Shown here piece after piece: positions 10,141 to 19,933 of a stretch of DNA of 64,000 nt (position 1 is its first letter; each line of letters opens with the position of its first letter). A program made the position numbers and the translations under genes. This DNA is from Candidatus Levyibacteriota bacterium. GTDB taxonomy: Bacteria; Patescibacteriota; Microgenomatia; Levybacterales; UBA12049. The DNA lies in NCBI GenBank assembly GCA_027459725.1, contig DAIDHK010000001.1, positions 131,411 through 195,410 of the forward strand, given 5' to 3'. A model generated the notes under the pieces. The model saw nothing but the letters and a program-made list of their open reading frames with translations, was not told the origin of the DNA and did no database searches.

Positions 10141-11235
10141 ATGAACTCTATAACTTCTTCTTTGCTTTTTTTAGTTTTTATACCTTTATTGTTATCTTTA
10201 TTTTTTACTGGTATACTGACACCCATTTTTATCAAAATTAACACACATTTAAAATTAATTGATGATCCAAAAAAACATAAACACCCTGCAATGTTACATA
10301 ATAAAATAATACCAAGAGGCGGAGGGCTACCATATTTTTTAGGTATTTTAATTACAGCATTGTTTCTTCTGCCAATAACTCAACAGAATATAACTATTTA
10401 CATCGCCGGTGCGATTGCACTAATTGTGGGTATTATAGATGATAGAATGAATGCTGAAGGAAAGGATATCTCTCCTTATATACGTTTTCTTTTTAATATC
10501 CTTTGTGCAACTATCATTGTCTTTGGTGGAACCAATAGTACATTTATTACTAATCCACTAGGAGGTATTTTACATTTAAATATATCTTTTATTCCATATT
10601 TACCTGTTACAGTTGCTCAAATAATTTATATTATTTGGATTGTATGGGTTATGAACATTTTAAACTGGAGTAAAGGAGTGGATGGACAAATGCCAGGTAT
10701 CGTTTCTATTGCTGCCATCGTAATTGGAATTTTAAGTTTAAGGTTTTCCCTCCATGACCAGAATGTAATTACAGATACCAAATTGTCATTTATGATTGCA
10801 GGAGCCAGCATCGGTTTTTTAATTTATAACTTTCATCCAGCAAAAATTTTCCCGGGGTTTGGTACTACTTCAGTTTACTTACTTTTAGCTGCTGTATCTA
10901 TCTTATCTAGCGCCAAGCTGGCTACGGCTATATTAGTAATGGGTGTACCAATCGTTGATGCAGCATTTACCATAATACGCCGTATTTATCACAAAAGATC
11001 TCCATTTTTGCATGACCGTTTACATCTGCATCATCTGCTGCTTAACCTTGGGTATTCACAAAAGCAAATTGCGTTGTTTTACTGGGCAATATCTGCTATA
11101 TTAGGACTTGTTGCACTTACATTGCAAAGTACAAATAAATTTTTTGCTTTATTGATGCTTTTCGCAATAGTGGGTGGAGGTTTATTGTTCTTGCATTCAA
11201 TAACACAAGACAAAAATGAAAAAATTTCTCCTTGA
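10141..11235 (+). CDS. Polyprenyl-phosphate GlcNAc-1-phosphate transferase (WecA/TagO, MraY-like)
   Basis: IPRGGG, GIIDD, GVDG, YNFHPAKIFPG, DRLHLHHLL. Confidence 0.9.
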   Translation: MNSITSSLLFLVFIPLLLSLFFTGILTPIFIKINTHLKLIDDPKKHKHPAMLHNKIIPRGGGLPYFLGILITALFLLPITQQNITIYIAGAIALIVGIIDDRMNAEGKDISPYIRFLFNILCATIIVFGGTNSTFITNPLGGILHLNISFIPYLPVTVAQIIYIIWIVWVMNILNWSKGVDGQMPGIVSIAAIVIGILSLRFSLHDQNVITDTKLSFMIAGASIGFLIYNFHPAKIFPGFGTTSVYLLLAAVSILSSAKLATAILVMGVPIVDAAFTIIRRIYHKRSPFLHDRLHLHHLLLNLGYSQKQIALFYWAISAILGLVALTLQSTNKFFALLMLFAIVGGGLLFLHSITQDKNEKISP

Positions 11236-12160
11236 GTCCTTAAGATTGTTACGACCAAGACAGTGGGTTAAGAACCTGGCTATATATGCTGCTCTGCTTT
11301 TCTCAAGACAGCTCTTCGATCCTCAATCATTTTTAAATGTGACACTTGGTTTTATAGCTTTTTGTAGTATATCCAGCGCAATTTATGTTATCAATGATAT
11401 TCTTGATGTAGAAAAAGATCGCCGTCATCCGTTTAAACGTTTCCGCCCATTAGCAAGTAAAGCGTTATCAATACAATACGGGATTATTCTATCGATTATT
11501 TTAATAATCTTTTCATTTACAGTCAGTTTAGCCCTCTCTTTTCCGCTTTTACTCTTAATTATTGCATTTTTGTTTTTACAATTTTTATATTCTTTCTATT
11601 TAAAGCAAATAGCTATCATGGATATTATGGTCCTAGCTACAGGTTATATCATTAGAGTATATGGGGGAGAGTTGATTACTGGTCATCATATCTCTGTCTG
11701 GCTATTTTTAACAACTATTTCACTGGCTCTATTTTTAGCAGTAGGTAAAAGAAGACGCGAACTTACACTCATTAGCGGTTATACCAATACTCAAGTTGCT
11801 TCTATCCGTAAATCACTATCTCACTATTCGGAAAGTTTACTGGACATGTATGCTGCTGTTTTTGCTACGTCTGCTTTTATTATGTACTCACTTTTTACAT
11901 CCAGCGCAAGTCCGCAGATCACTAATAATTTATTTTTACCTGATTTTTTGCCTCAACAATTTCAGCGTAAATGGCTAATGATTACAATTTTGCCGGTAGT
12001 TTATGGACTAATGCGCTATCTGCAGGATATTTACGAAAAGCATGAAGGAGAAAGTCCGGAAAAGGTCTTATTTACAGATAAACAGCTATTAGCCACTGTT
12101 CTGGTTTGGGTAATTCTGGTCATTGCAATTGTATATGGGTTGCAATATTCTCCGCAATAG
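11216..12160 (+). CDS. UbiA-family decaprenyl-phosphate phosphoribosyltransferase-like protein
   Basis: LRPRQWVKN, YVINDILDVEKDRRHPFKRFRPLAS, LAVGKRRREL, GESPE. Confidence 0.88.
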   Translation: MKKFLLESLRLLRPRQWVKNLAIYAALLFSRQLFDPQSFLNVTLGFIAFCSISSAIYVINDILDVEKDRRHPFKRFRPLASKALSIQYGIILSIILIIFSFTVSLALSFPLLLLIIAFLFLQFLYSFYLKQIAIMDIMVLATGYIIRVYGGELITGHHISVWLFLTTISLALFLAVGKRRRELTLISGYTNTQVASIRKSLSHYSESLLDMYAAVFATSAFIMYSLFTSSASPQITNNLFLPDFLPQQFQRKWLMITILPVVYGLMRYLQDIYEKHEGESPEKVLFTDKQLLATVLVWVILVIAIVYGLQYSPQ

Positions 12161-12171
12161 CTAATCTATTA

Positions 12172-13038
12172 CTAATCATTTTTTTGTGCATATTGTGAAC
12201 TTATCCACCCAATTTTGTCATCTGGTAACTTAACCTCATACCATCCATTTTTTTCATCCAAAAGATATAAGCTATCACCCGGCTTTACCTGTTCAACTTC
12301 TGCGCTGTCTATATTGGCATCAGCTCGTACGCGCAAAAAACCTGTTGGGGTATCTAATATAGTAACCTTTGCCACCACAGGTGAAGGAGAAAGCTGTGCA
12401 GATGATGATGCATTCTCACTCGCACTACCGGATGCAGGTATTGGCTGATTAGACGCAGCTAAATAAATTGTCGCTTGCAGAATATATCCATTCGGGGTAT
12501 TTATATGTAGTATTTTATCAACGTAACCGTTTTTTTGTACTACTAATTTATGATCCGAAGCTGTCGGATTGTTATATGATAGAGGGGTATTACCTATAGA
12601 ATTATCATCAAGCAGCACATTAGCAGAGCTGGGGAAAGATGTAACCAAAAGCGAGCTACTATTAGAATTGTTTGCAGGATTTAACTCCAGAACGCTTCCG
12701 CTGGATTGTCCCGGGGGGCCAAAAGTGTAATCAACTACTGTCAAAACTCCCTTTCCTATTGAAATATGCTCAGCAAATGGAGCACTGCTCCCCTGCTTAG
12801 GGACAAGAGAAATGATGTAATTACCAACAGGCAGTACATTGCCGCTTTTGGAACTCTCACAACGACAAATTGGAGTATCACCTATATATTTGTTATTCAG
12901 ATATACCTTAGAAACCGGTTGACTCGTTATCTGTAGCTCTCCAGTACTATAGCCCTGCCCGAAGAAAAACTGCATGGTAAAGAAAATTGCCGCTGTTATG
13001 AGTAATGATAGAAGTAAAACTAGAACCGCTTTTTTCAT
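12172..13038 (-). CDS. Membrane-anchored PEGA + SH3b domain protein
   Basis: N-terminal TM, two ITSxPxxAxVxL..IGxTP PEGA repeats, C-terminal LRVRA...GWYEVKLPDDKIGWIS. Confidence 0.85.
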   Translation of the reverse strand: MKKAVLVLLLSLLITAAIFFTMQFFFGQGYSTGELQITSQPVSKVYLNNKYIGDTPICRCESSKSGNVLPVGNYIISLVPKQGSSAPFAEHISIGKGVLTVVDYTFGPPGQSSGSVLELNPANNSNSSSLLVTSFPSSANVLLDDNSIGNTPLSYNNPTASDHKLVVQKNGYVDKILHINTPNGYILQATIYLAASNQPIPASGSASENASSSAQLSPSPVVAKVTILDTPTGFLRVRADANIDSAEVEQVKPGDSLYLLDEKNGWYEVKLPDDKIGWISSQYAQKND

Positions 13039-13127
13039 AAATATGATTTATATATTTAAACTAAATTAGAAGCTCTATCAACTATATCATGGAAGAAAAC
13101 TTAGGATCAAGGAATTCAAATATATTA

Positions 13128-15014
13128 TCATTCCCAGAGTGCGAAACGTTTACTAATCTTCTCTACTTCTTCATTATCACCAAAAAATCCAACCGCATAC
13201 AATTCAATGTCTTTTTCGTCCTGTTCTTCTATCATTTTGCCTAACTTTGTATCATCGGTTGTTTCAATCATATCTTTATTAAATGCCAGATGTAACATTC
13301 TTTTGTTTTCTACTTCCTGCAAAACATCATGTAACTCTGATTCGCTGGCAACTAATATGATTATGGCATATTGAGAATTACGCGGGAGATCTTTACCGTC
13401 TTTAGTAATAAAATATTCACCAGTTCCAAAATTTACTCCCATTTTATTTCCCAAATATGCGCCTACGTGAGCAGTTGCATTCATCGCCTTCCAGGAAGGT
13501 AAATCTTTACGCACAATTACTGCTGCTTTATGGGAGAAATCCTGTTTTCCAGAGTGCTGTCCTTCGTTTTTTACTTTTTGTCCTTCATCTTGTTTCATGG
13601 TTGGAAAGAATACCATTTCACGAACCGGTTTATCTACGAGCATACTAAATAATCTTTCTGAAATACCAAAACCGGCAGCTGGAGGCATACCATACTCTAA
13701 CGCTTCCACATAGTCCTCGTCCATCATCTGTGCTTCTTCATCTCCTGCCTCACGCAGTCTCATCTGCTCTTCAAATCTTTGCTTCTGGTCAATGGGATCA
13801 TTTAGTTCAGAAAATCCTTTACCCAGCTCTGAACCCATTGCTAAAATCTGTGTTCGCTCAACTAAATTTTCTCTGCCCGGAATACGTTTGGCAAGTGGTT
13901 CTACTTCTACCGGATGATTCATAACAAACATAGGCTGAATAAGTTGGGGACGGATAGTTTTTTTATATAAATAATCAAGCAATCTACCTTTACCCAAGTT
14001 AGGTTCAACCTGAATATGCAGTTTATCAGCTAAACGATACAAATCTTCAATGGTCATTTTCTCTGTATCTACCTGCCAATGCTCATTTAACAAATCTAGG
14101 TATTCTTTACGCGGCCACTTTCCGGACCAGTTAATCGTTTGTCCCTGCCAACTTGTTTGCAAACCAGCAAAAGTTGTTTTAATAACAGTTTGGTACATAT
14201 CCTGCAAAAAATCCATCAACTGATTATAGTCCGCATATGCCCAATAAAATTCCAACTGTGTATAATCCTGTAGATGTTCATCATCAATGCCTTCATTACG
14301 AAAGATTCTGCCAATTTCAAATACTTTTTCAAACCCACCTACCAATAAACGCTTAAGTGGTAATTCTAGCGAAATTCGAAGATATAAATCCATATCCTGT
14401 GCATTATGATGAGTTATGAATGGTCGGGCATCCGCACCTCCCGGAATTGATTGTAGAACAGGTGTCTCAACTTCTAAAAAACCATTATCAATAAGATACT
14501 GACGCATACTTTGCCAGAAAATTGTTTTCTTTTTAAATAACTCACGTAATTCCGGGTGCATTAATAAATCAAGATAGCGTTTACGCAACAGTACTTCTTT
14601 ATTTTTTATATCGTAAAATTCACTTGGTAAGGGTAATAGTGCTTTGGTCAGTAAGGTAAAACTAGTAGGAGCGATTGAGATTTCCCCTGCCATTGTTTTT
14701 ACCACTTCACCCTCAACTCCAATATAATCTCCAATATCTAATAAGTTTAGATTTTTATATAAATCTCCCAACAGTTTTTTTTGAAAAAAAATTTGAATTT
14801 TACCTGTCTCGTCCTTTAAATCGGCAAAGGCGATATTGCCATGTGTACGAAAAGAATATAGTTTACCAGCTGTCTTAACAGATCTACCTTCCATCTGCAA
14901 ACACTGAAAAACTGTCTGCTGCCTATCATATTTATGTATATAAGGATCCCATCCAATTTCCCTGATCCTGGCTAGTTTATCAATTCTTGCCTGTTTAAAG
15001 TTTACTTCATCCAT
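13128..15014 (-). CDS. lysS: Lysine--tRNA ligase (class II) with C-terminal DUF2000-like extension
   Basis: GGADARPF, YLRISLELPLKRL, FRNEG, YGMPPAAGFG, FFPTMK, then ~140 extra aa; own promoter TTGTTA-17-TACAAT 6 nt before ATG. Confidence 0.95.
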   Translation of the reverse strand: MDEVNFKQARIDKLARIREIGWDPYIHKYDRQQTVFQCLQMEGRSVKTAGKLYSFRTHGNIAFADLKDETGKIQIFFQKKLLGDLYKNLNLLDIGDYIGVEGEVVKTMAGEISIAPTSFTLLTKALLPLPSEFYDIKNKEVLLRKRYLDLLMHPELRELFKKKTIFWQSMRQYLIDNGFLEVETPVLQSIPGGADARPFITHHNAQDMDLYLRISLELPLKRLLVGGFEKVFEIGRIFRNEGIDDEHLQDYTQLEFYWAYADYNQLMDFLQDMYQTVIKTTFAGLQTSWQGQTINWSGKWPRKEYLDLLNEHWQVDTEKMTIEDLYRLADKLHIQVEPNLGKGRLLDYLYKKTIRPQLIQPMFVMNHPVEVEPLAKRIPGRENLVERTQILAMGSELGKGFSELNDPIDQKQRFEEQMRLREAGDEEAQMMDEDYVEALEYGMPPAAGFGISERLFSMLVDKPVREMVFFPTMKQDEGQKVKNEGQHSGKQDFSHKAAVIVRKDLPSWKAMNATAHVGAYLGNKMGVNFGTGEYFITKDGKDLPRNSQYAIIILVASESELHDVLQEVENKRMLHLAFNKDMIETTDDTKLGKMIEEQDEKDIELYAVGFFGDNEEVEKISKRFALWE

Positions 15015-15058
15015 AGCTGTATTGTAGCTTATTTTCTATTAACTAACAATTTTCAAAT

Positions 15059-15676
15059 CTAAAATTCTATTTTTTCTGAGCAGACAAATTGCAGACCTGT
15101 TTCAGAGTGATAGTATAACTGGTAATAATCAGCAAAATCCTTAAAATTACAAATAGAATAAATCTTATTGCCATCTGCTAGCCCTACATTTAAGGCAAAG
15201 ATTTCTCTACTATTATCTTTTAATATTTTTTTTAAATTTTCTAATGCTTTTTGGGGGGAGTTATTAACCAGTTCGTTTTTTAATAAATTCCAAATCTTCT
15301 CGGCTCCAATTTTTCCTCTTATATTAAGCGACACACCACGAAGAAGCCCATTAAAAACAAAAGCGTAACTGCCTTGTATATATGGCTGGTTAAAATCAAT
15401 ATTATTTTTGTGTTTTGCAAAAGACGCGCTTCTTGCATGAACTACGAACATATTACTGTTTGGTATTATCTCAAATAGATCTCTGTCCTGCCAAATTGGA
15501 TTTAGTGATTTAAACACCCGCCATTTTTTATCCTTATCAATCCATGCCACTCCCCATCCATCAGCTTGTCTGTCACCGTCCGGAGCCATGCTTTTTTCAG
15601 CTAAATCGGCAAACCTGTTTAAAATTACTGTTGACTCATTATTATTTTTTGATTGAATGAGTAGAAATCTACACAT
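15059..15676 (-). CDS. Class II glutamine amidotransferase-like Ntn hydrolase (YafJ/EgtC/DUG3 type)
   Basis: MCRF N-terminal nucleophile Cys, DGWGVAW, HARSAS, FNG, CSE; starts 3 nt after the lysJ stop. Confidence 0.85.
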   Translation of the reverse strand: MCRFLLIQSKNNNESTVILNRFADLAEKSMAPDGDRQADGWGVAWIDKDKKWRVFKSLNPIWQDRDLFEIIPNSNMFVVHARSASFAKHKNNIDFNQPYIQGSYAFVFNGLLRGVSLNIRGKIGAEKIWNLLKNELVNNSPQKALENLKKILKDNSREIFALNVGLADGNKIYSICNFKDFADYYQLYYHSETGLQFVCSEKIEF

Positions 15677-15679
15677 ATC

Positions 15680-16843
15680 TTAATCTAAATTTTCAATTAT
15701 TTTATTTAAACTTCTTATCATTAAATCAATATGTCTTTTTTGAATAATATACGAGGGTAGAAATCTTATTACGTCATCTCCTGCAGGAATGACCAGAATT
15801 TTTTCATCCTGCAACTGTTTCATGATTTTATTCCTAATGTCTTTTTTTACTACCAGTCCGATCATTAAGCCCTTACCCCTTACCGCTAATATTCTGTTGT
15901 TTTTTATTAAAGATAGCTCCTTCAAGAGATACAGTCCGTTATTTTTAACTTTAGTTAATGTTTTCTTATCAAGTAAATCGAGTGTGGCCATAATTCCGGC
16001 ACAAGCCAGTGGATTTCCCCCAAATGTCGAACTATGAATATGCTTAGGTACCAAATTTGCCACCACATCTGTAACAATCGTAGCACCGATTGGAATGCCC
16101 CCAGCTAATCCTTTGCCCAAGCATAAAATATCACCTGCAATTCCACCACTGGCAATAAATTTTCCAGTTCTGCCCATACCTGTTTGAATTTCATCGATGA
16201 TTAACATAATTTTTTTCGATTTGCAAATCTTTGAAATATTAATTAAAAAATTATCATCAGGGACATGGATACCTCCCTCTCCCTGAATCGGTTCTATAAT
16301 AAAACCTGCTGTATTTTCATCAATTACATTATTTAAGCTTTCAATATCATTGAATGGTATACTGACAAAATCCCACAATAATGGCATGAAGGGTTGTTTA
16401 TACCTTTCACCCGAAGTTGCAGAAAGTGCCCCCAATGTTTTTCCATGATAACCATGGTCACAAACGATAAATTTTTTCTTACCTGTTGACAGCACTGCAA
16501 ATTTTAATGCAGTTTCAATTGCCTCTGCTCCTGAGTTACTGAAATAAACTTGTGTATAATCATTGCCGCACTTATTTACCAGACGAGCTGCCGCACGCGC
16601 TCTCGTTTCATTAGTAAAACTTGCATGTAACGTAGTCAGTTTATTTATCTGATCAATCAGTGCTCTATTAATCCTCAGATTATTGTAACCTAAAATATTC
16701 ACTCCGTAATTTGTCATGAAATCTAAATATTGATTATCGTTCTCATCATAAAGATATACCCCTTTACCAAGCCTTAAGGATAGCTTTCTGTCAATATATG
16801 TATTGACTAAATAATTTTTCTGTAAAAACCCACTGATGTTCAT
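15680..16843 (-). CDS. lysJ: [LysW]-aminoadipate semialdehyde transaminase (class III PLP; LysJ/ArgD)
   Basis: FSNSGAEAIE, YHGKTLGALS, EPIQGEGG, DEIQTGMGRTG, GKGLAGG, STFGGNPLAC; context. Confidence 0.85.
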   Translation of the reverse strand: MNISGFLQKNYLVNTYIDRKLSLRLGKGVYLYDENDNQYLDFMTNYGVNILGYNNLRINRALIDQINKLTTLHASFTNETRARAAARLVNKCGNDYTQVYFSNSGAEAIETALKFAVLSTGKKKFIVCDHGYHGKTLGALSATSGERYKQPFMPLLWDFVSIPFNDIESLNNVIDENTAGFIIEPIQGEGGIHVPDDNFLINISKICKSKKIMLIIDEIQTGMGRTGKFIASGGIAGDILCLGKGLAGGIPIGATIVTDVVANLVPKHIHSSTFGGNPLACAGIMATLDLLDKKTLTKVKNNGLYLLKELSLIKNNRILAVRGKGLMIGLVVKKDIRNKIMKQLQDEKILVIPAGDDVIRFLPSYIIQKRHIDLMIRSLNKIIENLD

Positions 16844-17647
16844 TTAACTAATTACTGTACCTCCACCTTCTAATATTTTAACTATTGGATGAACAATCCT
16901 CCCATCTCCCCAATACATTTTTTTTAGGCCATATGTAAATGCTTTTTCTGCTCCCAGCAATTTCTTTTTCATTCTTCCTTTAGCAAATTGCATATAATTA
17001 TTAAGTTCAGCTCTGTCAATTTTTTTAATTAAACTACACGGATCATCTGCATCACGAAGTAAACCGGGCGCAGCAAAAAGTGATATCATTTTTTTAATTT
17101 TTAAATCCCTAATCATTACTGCTGCTGCAAAGTCATTATCTGTATTAACAATTTCGTTTTCATTACTTATGGCCGGCGGACAAACTACAGGTATATACTT
17201 ATTACCCAACAATAGTAATAATAAACGAGTATTTACCTTTTCTACTTTCCCAGTTAGATTATCAGTTATGAGTTTTGTCTTGCCATTCTCAACTGAGTAT
17301 ACGAAATTCTTTCTACTGGCTTCCCATAATCTACCATCCACTCCAGTTAATCCAACTGCATTTACCCCATATTTTTGCAAGGTTACGACAAGTCTTTTGT
17401 TGATCAGTCCAGCATAAGTCATCAGAAAAATATCAATAGCTTCATCGTTTGTGTAAATGCTACTTACCCCAGAAGGTGAGTGCAAAACTTTACTTGGAGC
17501 TTTTAACTTTTTAGCGATTTCATCTCTTGTCTCACTTGCTCCATGGATGATGATTATTCGTTCTTTATTTTTCAACAAATCAGATATATCCCTGCAGATA
17601 GCATCAATATTAAGATTTTTGCCCCCACCTATTTTAATTAAAACCAT
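16844..17647 (-). CDS. lysZ: [LysW]-aminoadipate kinase (LysZ/ArgB family)
   Basis: IKIGGG, IHGAS, SPSGVSS..T, GLTGVDG, NTDND, GRMKKK. Confidence 0.88.
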   Translation of the reverse strand: MVLIKIGGGKNLNIDAICRDISDLLKNKERIIIIHGASETRDEIAKKLKAPSKVLHSPSGVSSIYTNDEAIDIFLMTYAGLINKRLVVTLQKYGVNAVGLTGVDGRLWEASRKNFVYSVENGKTKLITDNLTGKVEKVNTRLLLLLLGNKYIPVVCPPAISNENEIVNTDNDFAAAVMIRDLKIKKMISLFAAPGLLRDADDPCSLIKKIDRAELNNYMQFAKGRMKKKLLGAEKAFTYGLKKMYWGDGRIVHPIVKILEGGGTVIS

Positions 17648-17652
17648 AATCT

Positions 17653-18900
17653 TTAAGAAACCTGTTTCATTGCCTTTTCTTTATACTCTTCACCTATATG
17701 ATAACGATTAGCAACTTCCCAAAGTATAGACTCACAGGTATTATCTTTACCCATACGGCAAGACTCATCTTTATAGATATTGGTAATTACCTTTGCAAGA
17801 GTATCACTTACTCTATAGCCATGTCCTAATAAATAGCTTTGCACATGATGCCATCCGCTATAAGGATTAAGCACAAACTGATTCTCAGGAACTCCAAACA
17901 CCGATAGATCCACTGAACGATAAGCATTAGGATTTTTCATTACTGCATCTGTATGTACACCTGCACAATGTGTAGCATTGTCTTGGGAAACTAATTCTGA
18001 TTCTGGAACAGGAACTTTCAAAATATTACTCATAAGTTGATTTAAGTTGAAGATAAGTTTTAGATTAAAGCTTCTAAGCAAATTGGGATTAAATTCATAA
18101 AGTCTAAGTAATAAATTTCCAAAGGATGTTATTCCTGTCCGTTCTGCCCAACCCCATATTGATGTGTCAATCAGTGACATCCCTGCTTTTGCAGCTATTA
18201 GTGAATTATGCAACGATTCGCCTCTATCATTATGAAAATGTCCCTCCAAGTACTTATTCGGATAACGAGTTTGCATCTCTTTTATAACCTTTTTTATAGT
18301 TTCTTCCGTAGCAACTCCCACTGTGTCAGGAATTCCAAATGTATTTACATAAGGTTCAGCTGCATCAAATGCCAGTTGTCTATCAAGTGGATCTGACCTG
18401 AAGGCATCTTCAGTACTATAACGGATATATAATCCAGGATATGAGGAGCGAACTTCCCGTAAGGTTCTTCCCACTCTATCTGCAACTTCGGCAGGACTTT
18501 TCTGATGTCCGGCATATTGGGCTACCCCCATATAAACATGTATTCCGTCAACACCTCCCTCAATAGCTGAATTTATATCGTCTTCGTGACAACGAACGTG
18601 GGCATTTATTCTTGGCCTTTGTCCTTCAGGATAGCTATCCGCGAGCAGACGAACAGCCGCCAAACTCTCCCGTTCAAGACCGTTCACATTAGGTGAGAAA
18701 ACCTCAAAATTGCGTACACCTATATCATACATTGCACTAACCAGTCTTAACCTCTCATCAATATTAAGGGTTGGCCTTCCAAAATATCTTCTACTCTGTA
18801 AACCATCTCTGAGGGTTGTATCAATATTAGTTATATATTCCCCATTTACTTTGCCCGATGTTGGAAAGATTTCTGGTGATCCTGTTTCTTTTATTCTCAT
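17653..18900 (-). CDS. Homocitrate synthase (DRE-TIM family, fungal/Thermus-like)
   Basis: IDTTLRDGLQ, HVRCH, RYSTEDAFRS, IPDTVG, HFHNDRG, ERTGIT, HCAGVH. Confidence 0.85.
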   Translation of the reverse strand: MRIKETGSPEIFPTSGKVNGEYITNIDTTLRDGLQSRRYFGRPTLNIDERLRLVSAMYDIGVRNFEVFSPNVNGLERESLAAVRLLADSYPEGQRPRINAHVRCHEDDINSAIEGGVDGIHVYMGVAQYAGHQKSPAEVADRVGRTLREVRSSYPGLYIRYSTEDAFRSDPLDRQLAFDAAEPYVNTFGIPDTVGVATEETIKKVIKEMQTRYPNKYLEGHFHNDRGESLHNSLIAAKAGMSLIDTSIWGWAERTGITSFGNLLLRLYEFNPNLLRSFNLKLIFNLNQLMSNILKVPVPESELVSQDNATHCAGVHTDAVMKNPNAYRSVDLSVFGVPENQFVLNPYSGWHHVQSYLLGHGYRVSDTLAKVITNIYKDESCRMGKDNTCESILWEVANRYHIGEEYKEKAMKQVS

Positions 18901-18904
18901 AATT

Positions 18905-19933
18905 TTAAATTGGGTGCAAGCCAGTAAATGTTAAACTTGTCGTTTCCGGCCATCCACACATTAAATTCAATGCCTGTACCGCCTGCCCAGCCGTGCCTTT
19001 AACTAAATTATCTATTGCCCCTATTACTACTAGTCGATTAGTATGTTTATCTAATTCAAAACCAATATCACAATAATTAGTTCCCTGTAGAATCTTTGGT
19101 TCAGGGTAGCGATAAAGACCGCTTTTCTCTTTGACAATCCGGATAAATGGTTCATCTCTATATACACTTTTGTATACTTTCCAAATTTCTTTCTCAGTTA
19201 TCCACTCTTTCGGTCTGGTATGAATAGTCACTAATAAACCTCTTACCATATCTATGGCTGTTGCAGAAATAGAGACATTAAGTCCAGCTAATTCCTGTTC
19301 TATCTCAGCAGTATGACGATGACCTGTTGGCATATATGAGCGCACCACACCTGAGCGTTCAGGATGATGAGAAGATAATGAAAAACTCATACCTGCTTGT
19401 GAACTGCTCATTTTTGCATCGATAATAACTTCACTTTCAATCACATTATTTTTAACCAATGGGAACAGGGAAAGTATGGAAACCGTAGCTTCACAACCAG
19501 CACATGCCACATAATCGGAATTTTTTATTTCTTCCCGATGTAATTCAGAGATACCGTAGACAAATTGTTTAAGTAAATCTGCTGAAAGATGTTTTTGGTG
19601 ATACCATTCGGTAAATTTTCCTTCATCATGTAAGCGAAAATCCGCTCCCAAATCAATGATTTTTTTTGCCTTTCTTTTAAATTTATTCATTAAACTCATT
19701 GATATTCCATTAGGCAATGCCACAATTAGTACATCACATTTTTCTAATTTTGCTGGCGATACAAATGACATATCGGTTGCTTTGCGTAAATTAGGATGAA
19801 CTAAACTTACCGGTTGATTAGCAAACTGACGTGATGTCACTTGTTGCAAAGAAACTTTAGGATGTTGAAGTAAAATCCTCAAAAGCTCACCGCCCGCATA
19901 CCCGGATCCGCCAACAATAGATACCTTAATCAT
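18905..19933 (-). CDS. lysY: [LysW]-aminoadipate-6-phosphate reductase (LysY/ArgC family)
   Basis: GGSGYAGGELLR, DLGADFRL, AGCEAT, HHPERSG, HRHTAEI, IDNLVKGTAGQAVQ. Confidence 0.9.
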   Translation of the reverse strand: MIKVSIVGGSGYAGGELLRILLQHPKVSLQQVTSRQFANQPVSLVHPNLRKATDMSFVSPAKLEKCDVLIVALPNGISMSLMNKFKRKAKKIIDLGADFRLHDEGKFTEWYHQKHLSADLLKQFVYGISELHREEIKNSDYVACAGCEATVSILSLFPLVKNNVIESEVIIDAKMSSSQAGMSFSLSSHHPERSGVVRSYMPTGHRHTAEIEQELAGLNVSISATAIDMVRGLLVTIHTRPKEWITEKEIWKVYKSVYRDEPFIRIVKEKSGLYRYPEPKILQGTNYCDIGFELDKHTNRLVVIGAIDNLVKGTAGQAVQALNLMCGWPETTSLTFTGLHPI

